DNA from: a virus
Lineage: Duplodnaviria; Caudoviricetes
Reading direction: 5' to 3' (one strand)
DNA: 37,741 nucleotides
IMG/VR virus record: IMGVR_UViG_3300020045_000249
Location: 1-37,741 of that record
Below, piece by piece: positions 16,001 through 24,462 of the stretch (position 1 is the first letter of the stretch; each line of letters begins with the position of its first letter). The notes beneath the pieces are model-generated. The model had not been told where the DNA came from. It worked only from the letters and a program-made list of their open reading frames with translations, and did no database searches. The position numbers and the translations under genes are program-made.

Positions 16001-17816
16001 AAGATTTACTCAAGTTTTCCAGCTCTACTTGTGCTTTAAAAAGATCACTGTTATTCTTCTTAATGTTATCTTTTGGGTCAAATAGAATTCCACCACCTTG
16101 CCTACGAGTACGGGCGTTAAAGGAAGATACCTTCTCACGAACCTCAGGATCGGTGATGTTACCCAGCACCATTCCTTCATCAGCACCATCAGCAATGCGC
16201 TTTGCTTCTTGTGCAGCAAAAGCATCTACAGCACCTGGGTTATCCCTCTTCCACAGCTTCCAAGCGTCGGGGGAGGTTTTTCCAGATGGGGCTACGTTCC
16301 CCTCATTGGCTTTGGTCCAAGCATCATACAAGGCCTTACCAACACCCTTACCCTTAAACCCATTCTCCACTTTCACCATATCTACGTTAGCAGTTTCCCC
16401 CAACTGTGCACGCTGTTCAGGTGTGAGGTTAGAACGGAGATAACCAACAACTTTGTCACCAACCTTGGCAACAAACCCATCCTCAGAAGCTTCTACCACA
16501 ACCCTCTTGTCACCAATGAGTAGGGCACCCCGCTGTTTCTTAGCACGACCAAACCGAGCAGCCATGTCATTCTTTGGCTGGTCGTTCTCAGCAATCCACT
16601 GCTTAATCTCTGCATCTAGTGCAGCAGTTTTCAGTTCGTTGTCAGCAGGTAGTTCATTACGTAGCAAATCAAGGGCACTCTGACGAGTGGTACCCGGAGC
16701 AAACTTACCACCTTCACGATTACGCACACCTTCAGGCATAGCGTCAATGGCTTCTGTAAGAGGACGGCTGTTCATCTCCAAGTCAGTGTCTCGCATGACA
16801 GGGGAGTCTACAAGAGTGTCTGTAGGATTACGTGGAAAGTTGACATCCAACTCATCACCGAACAAATTACGCTGAAGAGGTTGTTGGAGGTTCTGTACTT
16901 CCATGGACAGATCAGCACGGATGGGAATACCATTCTCATCAACACGCCACATGTCAGGAGCCATCTCAGTCTGGTAAGGGCTGACCGGGCTACGTTCGTC
17001 AAACTGGTCAAACAGGCGTAGTTGCTCAGGCTCCAGTGATGGGGCCTTTTTTACGTCTGCTTCTTTGGGGGCAACCAGCTCATCCAGAGCACCTTGCAGA
17101 CGGGGAGTGTTCCCTTTAGCTTTAGGACGCTCACCCATAGCTCCTTGAGTAGCACCACCCACCAGTGCCTCTTGGGCACGACGGCGTGCGTCATATGGGT
17201 TGTAAGCCTTCTTGGTTTCTTCTTGGGTAGCCAGCAGTTGCGTCAGAGCATCCGAGGCAGCACCCATAGAGGTATTACCTGCTGCACCAATGGCAGCACG
17301 GCCTAGGAACGTCTTGGCAGGGGCCATAGGACCCATACCCAAGGCATTCAAGCCAGCATCAGCCACAGTGGCAGGAATGGCCGTAGACAGCGGTTCACCC
17401 CGCTTGATGAGGTCCATACCCTTCTCAGCAGCCTGACCAAGCATAGCTGGAATCTGTACAGGGAGAGTCAGGGCAGTAGCTGCAACATCCTGTCCAAGGG
17501 AAGTCTCCAGCTTCTCCGGGTTAGCCCATTGCTCACGAGCAGCACGGTTGGCATCCATCTGACCAAAGATTTTATCACGGTCATCCTCAAAGCCCATCAT
17601 ACCAGCCAAGCCGCCAGCAGGCAGGCTGATGGCACTCTCAATGGCGTTAGCTGCACCAGCGAGAGACTTCTTGGTTGCCGTACCAAGTCCATCAAAGAAA
17701 CTTTTCTCTTTTTTGGGTGGCAAGGTGTCTACATATGCCGACATCTGGGCAAACTCTTGCTCAGTCGGTTGGTGGGCAACATCAAAGTCATACCCTTTGT
17801 ACGAGAAAGTCGGCAT
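13002..17816 (-). CDS. Large internal virion/ejection protein with an inserted GNAT acetyltransferase and a second cassette
   Basis: 1604 aa, last and largest of three genes after the tail genes, Ala/Gly-rich helical. Internal VKVENGFKGKGVGKALY matches GNAT motif A. Confidence 0.75.
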   Translation of the reverse strand: MPTFSYKGYDFDVAHQPTEQEFAQMSAYVDTLPPKKEKSFFDGLGTATKKSLAGAANAIESAISLPAGGLAGMMGFEDDRDKIFGQMDANRAAREQWANPEKLETSLGQDVAATALTLPVQIPAMLGQAAEKGMDLIKRGEPLSTAIPATVADAGLNALGMGPMAPAKTFLGRAAIGAAGNTSMGAASDALTQLLATQEETKKAYNPYDARRRAQEALVGGATQGAMGERPKAKGNTPRLQGALDELVAPKEADVKKAPSLEPEQLRLFDQFDERSPVSPYQTEMAPDMWRVDENGIPIRADLSMEVQNLQQPLQRNLFGDELDVNFPRNPTDTLVDSPVMRDTDLEMNSRPLTEAIDAMPEGVRNREGGKFAPGTTRQSALDLLRNELPADNELKTAALDAEIKQWIAENDQPKNDMAARFGRAKKQRGALLIGDKRVVVEASEDGFVAKVGDKVVGYLRSNLTPEQRAQLGETANVDMVKVENGFKGKGVGKALYDAWTKANEGNVAPSGKTSPDAWKLWKRDNPGAVDAFAAQEAKRIADGADEGMVLGNITDPEVREKVSSFNARTRRQGGGILFDPKDNIKKNNSDLFKAQVELENLSKSFWIDQAISKEEFHTKNQELRTKINDLERTNTKWQETLPPKRVNEIHPGYTKIPLGTDVLTTRRGELERATVVENRNSQVGDKSTWYPRVEFIDGKKSRLSPEDITKVFGTPNRPFNSKKQSGGVLFDWKGQPEMDQLKKVAGLREKLRNLIPTTMTADEAIVAAKGMKDVDQNIAQKAINVFTKGGLYQAEKTGNPIIKFVVDKMLDADRLARADIRDYIHDSLAPAMRDLSTVERTEIATVLNQADMNKVEVTPEFLQKHGFSEKQTAFAQAHKQTMDAAFERINAARAAAGKAPIDKRTAYSAMNATGDFRKRVYTLDEDGNKVVVGVLGAKTKWGLASIEKKMRASNPEYIIESETRYGAPTTTGRGGSTVVAIQQALEMLSENSPATNEFLQVLEDIKTKEAYDYRGQKSHTKGKKGVFGMEGRKPWLTAEENAKDFMDAQLQYAEAALKWGHLSDATREANKVLASDVDMPNAKKWAEGYIRNALGLNPTKAGTALEAAINSFWEATGVGHTIPSNVMGYSRKAVNTMLLGLNPAFLATNVVQPFLSMPAMTSFLKSRGIDAMTTGYDSMAKAGFTIFKDKLGKLNELEAAAKDYADKHHVYGSELVDTSTVSRKNAEFYLDKTGNFLAGNVESGTRQLMYYGFVHMLDDNGIRDFGLANNLTDMAMNNYSPIERPTIFNALGPIGDIAANLSSFKHNELSRLAMFAREIGKEGDAKPFLMQIAVGAAAAGITGSLAFAEADWLYRQITKAMGKPDSLSRVVIDFSETLSDDPKGKYVASHGVFSLMGLDLSKRLGVSDVVPNSLGEAMFPGGSKLVDVASQGLSTLSDPSEMNFKRLAREAAPGFATGAMDRNWFSQQTPQGELGLNRDTLAGQVIRTDADKMAKNFGFTGINESVQKQKLWDLKQQGIGYSELRSAVVKKMVDRLHAGQDIPQQMLENYQRYEGDADTLVRELEPKLKAGQVSAVDVAKLLAINAKSTPQKMQGARTLESLQ

Positions 17817-17825
17817 AAGTGTCCT

Positions 17826-18677
17826 TTAATTCTTCAAGACCCATCCAGCAGGAAGGGCCGGTTTAGCAGCAGCGGGAGCTGCTTGTGGTGTTTTAGCAGG
17901 AGGTAGTTGTTGTGCGGGCCGTGTGGGGGCTGGAGCAAGTCCTTCAGGAGAGATGACTGTCTTACCAACACCAGGGTCTGGTCTACGAGTAGCAATGGCT
18001 TGGTTGACGTTCTGTGCCCAATTGTAGTAGTAGGCAGCAGTGTCGTTATCACCTTGTGCTTGAGCTTCCTGAGCAAGACGCATATATTCAGCCACTTGCT
18101 TATCAGTAGTGAGACCAGACACTTTAGCAGTGGTAGCACCACGAGTAGCCGCACGTTGGGCTGCTTGCCGTTGTGCAGCAGCTTCACGCTGTGCTTGTAG
18201 AGCTTGCTGCTGTGCAAACAGCCTACGCTGGCTATCCTCAGCTATCTTACCTTGATCCCTCATCTTAATGAAGTCCTTGTGCATACGCAGGATTTCTTCA
18301 CCTTGAGCACGCTGCTTGGGATCGGGGCTATAGGCCCACCGCTGCCCCTGAATCTCCATCATATCCAGATCAGACTGCTTTGCTTTCTGGACAAACTCTT
18401 TTTGCTTTGCATCCAACTGGAGAGCTTCAGTGCCTTCCTTGATCCTAGTATCAACACCAAGACCGCGGTTCACCAGACCCTGGTGCTCTAGGAGTTGTGG
18501 ATTATTCTGCTCATCAAACTGATTGGCAAGAGTGGTCTTCTTGAGGTTAGCTCCCTCTTGCTGGAGTTTCTGATTTTGGAACTGTTTAGCAAGGTCCATC
18601 TGATCCATCCCATAGCGCGTAGCCATGGGACCATCACCAAACCATTTAGAGTATTGGTCGTATTGTGGGAGGTCCAT
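17826..18677 (-). CDS. Internal virion/ejection protein (283 aa)
   Basis: Q/A-rich coiled coil; position between the pilot-like and large ejection proteins. Confidence 0.65.
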   Translation of the reverse strand: MDLPQYDQYSKWFGDGPMATRYGMDQMDLAKQFQNQKLQQEGANLKKTTLANQFDEQNNPQLLEHQGLVNRGLGVDTRIKEGTEALQLDAKQKEFVQKAKQSDLDMMEIQGQRWAYSPDPKQRAQGEEILRMHKDFIKMRDQGKIAEDSQRRLFAQQQALQAQREAAAQRQAAQRAATRGATTAKVSGLTTDKQVAEYMRLAQEAQAQGDNDTAAYYYNWAQNVNQAIATRRPDPGVGKTVISPEGLAPAPTRPAQQLPPAKTPQAAPAAAKPALPAGWVLKN

Positions 18678-18685
18678 AAACTTCC

Positions 18686-19873
18686 TTAAACAGAGTAAAC
18701 ATCACCAGAGGTGTTGTTATCGAAGTAGAGTGGTTGTGACTGATTATTAAAGAAAAGACCTCCCAGAGCATCCTGTGCTTGATTAAACAGGCCACTTTCA
18801 CGCCCCATGGCATACAGGGTGCTTAGGTTCTGGGCACGCCGTTGTTGAGAGGCTTGCTGGGCAGCCATATTACTCTGACTAATATTGGGGCCATATTGAG
18901 CAGCCATCTGTGCGAGTTTGGCTTGGAGTTCAACCTCACGTGGGCCATACTGACTACGGCGGCCACCAGCAGCGTCACGTCGCTCCAGTTGCTGTCGCAG
19001 TTGCTGTGAGTAAGCACTGTTCTGTCCAAACATGGAGCTGAGGCTCTGTATGTTACTGTCAGCAGCCTTGGCGGCTTTGTTATTCAAGTACAGAGTACCG
19101 AGGCCGGAGGCAAGGTTCTCAAAATCCAAACCCCTACTACCATCACCACGGAAACCTGAAGTGTCTGTACTACCTGTACCACCAGCACGTCCCGCTTGTC
19201 CACCCAGATAGCCACCAGCCATAGCCCCAACAGGTCCAGCAATTCCGCCACCGATCACTGAGCCTAGGGTACCACCAACACGGCCCGAGACATTCTTGCC
19301 CATAGCAGCGTCAGTACCTATGCCCACAGCACTACCCAACAGACCATTACCAGTAGCAGCACCAATGAGACCACCGGCTGCTTGGCCATAGTTGCCAGAT
19401 TTAGCAGCAGAGTATGCATCATAACCAGCCAACCCGAGCCTACCAATGGGGTTTGTGGCAAGGGCAAAGCGACCCAGACCTTTCACAAACTTACCCATAC
19501 CACTACCCCAGAAGTCATCGTCCTGCTCTTGACCACCAAAGCCCTTGCCTGTGTCCCCATAGGGATTGGAGGGCATCTGAAGGCCATAATTGCCCTCCAT
19601 ATTCAAACCCTGACCAGCATCTTGAGAGTATAGATCACCAAGAGAATAGGAAGTAGATGGATTATATCCTCCACTAAAGGCGGGGTTATAAGAAAAGAGG
19701 TCGTCAGTTGTAGCTGACATACCTCCACCATTACCTCCAGAGGGGGTGGAGCCCCCACCAAAATAGCCACCGGAGGGGCCTCCAAGACCCACACCAGAAG
19801 AACTGCCACCAGACCCTAGGCCTAGGCCACCATCCCCGTAGCCACCAAAACCACCCAAACTATAATCTGCCAT
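18686..19873 (-). CDS. Gly-rich DNA pilot/ejection protein
   Basis: Glycine-zipper segments (GGTLGSVIGGGIAGPVGAMAGGYLGG). ATG 19873 has an AAGGA RBS. Confidence 0.65.
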   Translation of the reverse strand: MADYSLGGFGGYGDGGLGLGSGGSSSGVGLGGPSGGYFGGGSTPSGGNGGGMSATTDDLFSYNPAFSGGYNPSTSYSLGDLYSQDAGQGLNMEGNYGLQMPSNPYGDTGKGFGGQEQDDDFWGSGMGKFVKGLGRFALATNPIGRLGLAGYDAYSAAKSGNYGQAAGGLIGAATGNGLLGSAVGIGTDAAMGKNVSGRVGGTLGSVIGGGIAGPVGAMAGGYLGGQAGRAGGTGSTDTSGFRGDGSRGLDFENLASGLGTLYLNNKAAKAADSNIQSLSSMFGQNSAYSQQLRQQLERRDAAGGRRSQYGPREVELQAKLAQMAAQYGPNISQSNMAAQQASQQRRAQNLSTLYAMGRESGLFNQAQDALGGLFFNNQSQPLYFDNNTSGDVYSV

Positions 19874-19883
19874 GTTATTTCCT

Positions 19884-20300
19884 TTACGGCTTTGTTGTGC
19901 CAAGATCGGTGATTACTAGCGTACCAGTATTATCTACCGTAATTCGCCAGTAATGTGGCGTTCCTTGTGTGTCCTTTAGGACCAGTCCTTGTGTCGCATC
20001 GTCCACCACAATGTCATCCAGAGTATCCACTCCTCGTGTACTACGGGTAGCTGTAGCCTCTGTTCGTTGGTCAGAGGTTAGGTGGTAATACTCACCAGCA
20101 GAGCCCCCCTGTACCGATTGTAGGGAATTGTGTGCCCTCGTCCCAATACTAGTGAGGTTGCTACCAGCAAAGTCAATGTTGTTCCACAAGACACTGATGG
20201 CCCCTTGGTTAACAACTGCTCGAAGTTTCTCATACCAGTCATTCCAGAAGGAGTGTCCAGGAGGTACACCAACAGGGGTGGGTGGGAGGATGTCTGCCAT
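19884..20300 (-). CDS. Tail needle/small fibre-like protein
   Basis: Follows the gp10-like gene; HNSLQSVQGG...EYYHLT and GLVLKD...YWRITVDNTGTL are fibre-type motifs. Confidence 0.5.
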   Translation of the reverse strand: MADILPPTPVGVPPGHSFWNDWYEKLRAVVNQGAISVLWNNIDFAGSNLTSIGTRAHNSLQSVQGGSAGEYYHLTSDQRTEATATRSTRGVDTLDDIVVDDATQGLVLKDTQGTPHYWRITVDNTGTLVITDLGTTKP

Positions 20301-21751
20301 TATCTGATACCGGTGTTGTAATCCACCTCAAGGTGGTGAAGTTTCATGGGGTTGTTTGAAGTCATAGTAAACCTGAAAGCACGTTCAGTGAAATCCCCCA
20401 TCCTGTGAATACGGGGCCTACGAGATGCCAAATCAATTGTACGTACCCCACTATACGTGAGGTAGTCATCATCGCTCCAGGACACGTTTAAAGAGCCCGC
20501 AGAGGCCTTGTCAGCTACCACCATCAACCTAGACATATATTTCTGCCTAAATGTGTCAAAGATGGTCTTATATGTGAGCACTGTGGTAGTGAAGTTTGTA
20601 CCAGCATCTTGGTAGATAGCTGGATTAAAGAAGTACAAGGATGTTCCAGTAGTGGGGACTATAACTGAAACATTACCGACAGACACCCTTGGCACAATCA
20701 TTGCATCTTTCATAGCAAACACTTCGGTACCTTGGAAGGCAATGCGAGTCCATACTTTGGTCTCTAGGTCCATCCAGTATGTGATGGTGCCTACCGTTAG
20801 GACATAGAAGTCATGACCGCCATTTGTAACAATGGCACCACTGAAGGAAGTATGGGGCTGAATATACCTACGCAGTGGCGGGTTGTCCAAGCTGTCCATT
20901 TTCCAGTCTTCTAGCACATATACCTCAGGAGAGGTGTTCTGTGTTTGTCCCACAAAGTACATCTTGTTTAGATGGGTAACTAGGCCACCAAGATACCCCA
21001 CATTTTTAATGGGGGTGTCTACCCGTTTCAGGGGACTCGCTGTCTCCACAGCCGCGTCATAGAAGAACTCTAGAGACGCTGTACCAAAGGCAATGATGTA
21101 GTTGTTCAACCTTCCAATACGGATAAGGCGATCTCCCACCATCTCAGCAGAGATGTAGCTACCAGCAGTGAAGGCCAGGGGGCTGTTTAGATCACTGTTG
21201 TAGATGTCAGACGTTCCCGTCTTCACCATGAACAAGTAGCCATCTAGGAACATCACATGTGGTTCAAAAGCAGTGGGTTGATCTACATCTACCCCAGCCA
21301 CCACCACGTTACTAGAATCAATTGTGACCAGTCTTGTGCCGTCAGCAGCAACGATTTTGGTATCCCCAGTATCGTACAAATACTCAACAAACCCAACATC
21401 CCCTGTAGTAGACACAAAGACATCAGTCAGGGTAGTTACCAAGACTCCAGTGGAGCCAGTAATTACCGCAATATCGTTGCTGTAGGCTACAAGGAGTTTA
21501 TCCTGATCTTCCCAGTAGAAGGCCCCACGAGCGGGTCCACTGGGGAGAGTGTACTCAAACAAAGACGTACCATCTCTTTTAACAAAATGGATGTCCTTAT
21601 CCCCAGTAGCTCGGTCTTGTACCAAATCAAAGAAACCGTTTAAAGCAATAGTATCTTTTGTACCAGAAGCATCTCGATTACGCATAGCCCAAGAGGCTTT
21701 GATTTCTTTAGTCTGATAAGTACTTTGAGAAGGTGATTTGCTAAATGCCAT
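20300..21751 (-). CDS. Tail hub/packaged-DNA stabilization protein (P22 gp10-like)
   Basis: About 483 aa, beta-rich; FLDGYLF, IYNSDL, SWSDD..TYS and G.F..R.FR motifs; follows the adaptor. Confidence 0.75.
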   Translation of the reverse strand: MAFSKSPSQSTYQTKEIKASWAMRNRDASGTKDTIALNGFFDLVQDRATGDKDIHFVKRDGTSLFEYTLPSGPARGAFYWEDQDKLLVAYSNDIAVITGSTGVLVTTLTDVFVSTTGDVGFVEYLYDTGDTKIVAADGTRLVTIDSSNVVVAGVDVDQPTAFEPHVMFLDGYLFMVKTGTSDIYNSDLNSPLAFTAGSYISAEMVGDRLIRIGRLNNYIIAFGTASLEFFYDAAVETASPLKRVDTPIKNVGYLGGLVTHLNKMYFVGQTQNTSPEVYVLEDWKMDSLDNPPLRRYIQPHTSFSGAIVTNGGHDFYVLTVGTITYWMDLETKVWTRIAFQGTEVFAMKDAMIVPRVSVGNVSVIVPTTGTSLYFFNPAIYQDAGTNFTTTVLTYKTIFDTFRQKYMSRLMVVADKASAGSLNVSWSDDDYLTYSGVRTIDLASRRPRIHRMGDFTERAFRFTMTSNNPMKLHHLEVDYNTGIR

Positions 21752-22464
21752 CAAACACCTCGCTTATCTGGGAAGAAGTAAATAGACGCTTCCTCCGTAC
21801 CAGCACTCAAAGCAGTGGCAAGACGTTTCTCAGCCTGCTTCTCATACCATCGACGATCTTCCAAAGGCAACCCATAGTCGTCAGACTTAATGTGAGCTAG
21901 TTGGAACACCACTGCGTTGTACCACTCTTGTGGAGCATCCAACGTCTCAGTGCCAGTCGTAAACTTGTAGAACGGGCGTTGGTACGTGATATGTACAGCA
22001 GTACCAGCAGGGACACTGGTATTGGGCACAGGCCATACAGACAGCACACCATAATCAATATAAGGCTGGTAGGTAACTTGAACAGGAGTTCCTGTCGTAG
22101 TTACAGGGAGGTTATTGTAGTCATAATGGGCCAGGATGGTCATGTTCATGCGGGAGGTACTCCCAGCAATGGCCAAGTTAGCCTGACTCAGTTTGAATGG
22201 AAAGGGAGTATCAATTGCACGCCCCTCTCCAATCACGTACTCTGCCTGCCCAGACACCAGCGTAATCGCTTGTTCCTCTCGTTTCCAGAGAGGCATCCCC
22301 AGAGTCTGAAACTCTGCCAATAGGGCATTCAAATCATCCAGTGATTCAGAAATCTGAGTAGCACTAGCAGACTCACCCTCACCAACCACCCCAATCTTAC
22401 GAAGAGCAGCCGTGATGATTGAGTCTCTCGACATTGACCATAGGGTAGTTGTAGAAGTAGCCAT
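21751..22464 (-). CDS. Head-tail adaptor (P22 gp4-like)
   Basis: IITAALRKIGV...LNALLAE..., VWPVP, PQEW..A....LA. Confidence 0.75.
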   Translation of the reverse strand: MATSTTTLWSMSRDSIITAALRKIGVVGEGESASATQISESLDDLNALLAEFQTLGMPLWKREEQAITLVSGQAEYVIGEGRAIDTPFPFKLSQANLAIAGSTSRMNMTILAHYDYNNLPVTTTGTPVQVTYQPYIDYGVLSVWPVPNTSVPAGTAVHITYQRPFYKFTTGTETLDAPQEWYNAVVFQLAHIKSDDYGLPLEDRRWYEKQAEKRLATALSAGTEEASIYFFPDKRGV

Positions 22465-22866
22465 TTATTTAGTAACTCCCATTTTTTTCTCGTAAGTACG
22501 TAGAGTACCCAGACCAAGCATACCACCAAGAACGAACAAGAGGATGTCTGTGTCCACTGGTGGTGGAGCTGGCCATCCCTTGATGGAAGCGACCCAACCC
22601 ATAATGTAATGTAAGATCGCTGCATAAGCAAAACCTACACCAGATACCCAACCAACAAATGGACGCCAACCCGCAACCCAGACAGACTGGTGCTGTGCCT
22701 CGCTGGCATTAACTTGAAGTTGTCCCAGGACCTTCTGTAAGTCACCGGCTTGAGCCATCTTAAATAGCTCCATCTCTGCTTCGGCTTTCTTTTGTGGATC
22801 AGGCATCCACCTATCAATAAGTTGTTTACCCAATTCAAAGATTGGGCCTAAGAGAAGGGGGTTCAT
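22465..22866 (-). CDS. Holin (3-TM, GTA-holin-like)
   Basis: LIDR..PDP...A, EA.H.S.WVAGWRPFVGW and GMLGLG.LRTYEK..G signature. Confidence 0.85.
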   Translation of the reverse strand: MNPLLLGPIFELGKQLIDRWMPDPQKKAEAEMELFKMAQAGDLQKVLGQLQVNASEAQHQSVWVAGWRPFVGWVSGVGFAYAAILHYIMGWVASIKGWPAPPPVDTDILLFVLGGMLGLGTLRTYEKKMGVTK

Positions 22867-22867
22867 A

Positions 22868-24223
22868 TTAACTCAAAGTAATAGAGGCTGTACGAATAAC
22901 ACCATCTGATCCACGTACCTTCAATCGCAAGGAGTTGTTAGATGGTAGATCAAAAACAAAGTCACCATTGGCTGCTGGATCGAGAGTGGCTTCAAGACCA
23001 AATGTGGGACTGTAAGCAGTCATGCGACCTAGGTCATTCACCTCAAGACCCCTAGAAGCTGGGACATTGTTCTGGATGGTTCGTAGACGTAGATAGGCTC
23101 CCTGACCTGGAACAAACCTAGTATCTAAAGATGCGCCGTAGTCCTTGTTACCATCCGCATACCAAACACGTCCAATACGGCCAACACTAGTAATGCTGTA
23201 TGGAGTAGCTTGTCCATCAATGAGGGTACCAAGGGCAACGTCATTGTCAATCTCTACATTACTATCATTCTGGAAGCTATGTAGAACCCCACCAGTCGTA
23301 CAATGGTTATTTCTACTACTTGCCCCATCTGCACCTAGCCATACCACTTGTGGATTGGGTGTGTGGGCAGCACTGAAGTAGGAATCAGTGATGGACATTC
23401 CAAGGGAGGTGCCCCCAGTCTGAACAACACTGGCTCCATCTTGTCCAGCTCCATAAGCATTATGCTCAAAATAGCAACCATCCACTTTAAAACCATAGCC
23501 ACCGGTGTACTCAATGGCATGGCCAGACATACCTTCAATATTGGTTTGTGTAATAGAGGACCCAACAGGTAGAGCCATGTGGAGTCCCCGCTCCCCTGCT
23601 TCAAAGAGAGAGTCGTTTACCCGCACATCAAAGTTCACCAGGGCAGAGTCCATAAACCACCCCTGCCAACGCCTAGCTTGGCAACGAGACATATAGAGAG
23701 ATTGAGCTTCTCCTGTCACTGTAGCAAACCACCGACACTTGCGGAAATTACAGTCATCCCAGCGACTACGTAGGTAGCGTGTACCATCCATCACATATAC
23801 AGCATTAGCTGAGTCCGTAGCTTCAAAGATTAGATGTGAGAAGCGAACTAGCTGAGAAACCGCATTCACCCCGTTGTAGGGAATACGTGAGGAGAACATT
23901 GCCCCGGCAGTTGCCCTAACAAAACCACCTCCCCCAATACCACTGATGGTAAAGAAATTATCAAAGGCAGCACCATCCACAGCACGGTCAATGTGAACAG
24001 TGGTGATCCTAGTCAGTCGTGGGACATGTAGATCAAGGTTATTAGCAACACAGTGGTCAATGGCTGCTTGTACGGCAGTGGTATCATCTGTAAGGTTGTC
24101 ACACACAGCACCAAAGTCCGTCACACTAATAGTCTCTGGTACCTTACGATACACGGCGTCATCCACATCATTCAGCCAGTCAGAGGTGACTACCGTCCCA
24201 GGTACGAAATTAGTTGTAGCCAT
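22868..24223 (-). CDS. Tailspike with pectate-lyase-like beta-helix
   Basis: N-terminal anchor DWLNDV.DAVY; ISVTDFGAVCDNLTDDTTAVQAAID; beta-helix-like repeats. Confidence 0.8.
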   Translation of the reverse strand: MATTNFVPGTVVTSDWLNDVDDAVYRKVPETISVTDFGAVCDNLTDDTTAVQAAIDHCVANNLDLHVPRLTRITTVHIDRAVDGAAFDNFFTISGIGGGGFVRATAGAMFSSRIPYNGVNAVSQLVRFSHLIFEATDSANAVYVMDGTRYLRSRWDDCNFRKCRWFATVTGEAQSLYMSRCQARRWQGWFMDSALVNFDVRVNDSLFEAGERGLHMALPVGSSITQTNIEGMSGHAIEYTGGYGFKVDGCYFEHNAYGAGQDGASVVQTGGTSLGMSITDSYFSAAHTPNPQVVWLGADGASSRNNHCTTGGVLHSFQNDSNVEIDNDVALGTLIDGQATPYSITSVGRIGRVWYADGNKDYGASLDTRFVPGQGAYLRLRTIQNNVPASRGLEVNDLGRMTAYSPTFGLEATLDPAANGDFVFDLPSNNSLRLKVRGSDGVIRTASITLS

Positions 24224-24462
24224 TATTTGTCTGCCTTTTCATCTAGCTTGTCGGAGATTCGTTGGAACATGCCTCGAATCTCTTGAGCAAACTCTTTAAA
24301 ATCATTTTTTGGGACATAATCTTTTGCAATTTCCTCCCGTAGTTTGGAAAGATCACCTTTGAGTTCCTTAACAGCATCCCAGAGTTGTCGAGCAAACCAG
24401 CCCATCATAGTGAGTGCCGTACCTGCGGCCCAGTTAATTAGTGTTTGATAATCCATACTCAA
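24223..24462 (-). CDS. Small membrane protein (one TM plus coiled coil)
   Basis: Hydrophobic N-terminus followed by heptad repeats. Confidence 0.7.
   Translation of the reverse strand: MSMDYQTLINWAAGTALTMMGWFARQLWDAVKELKGDLSKLREEIAKDYVPKNDFKEFAQEIRGMFQRISDKLDEKADK

Noticed and set aside
19140-19860. Gly-codon-rich quasi-repeats as a repeat array
   Set aside because: They are explained by the glycine-rich ejection protein; there is no fixed repeat-spacer periodicity.
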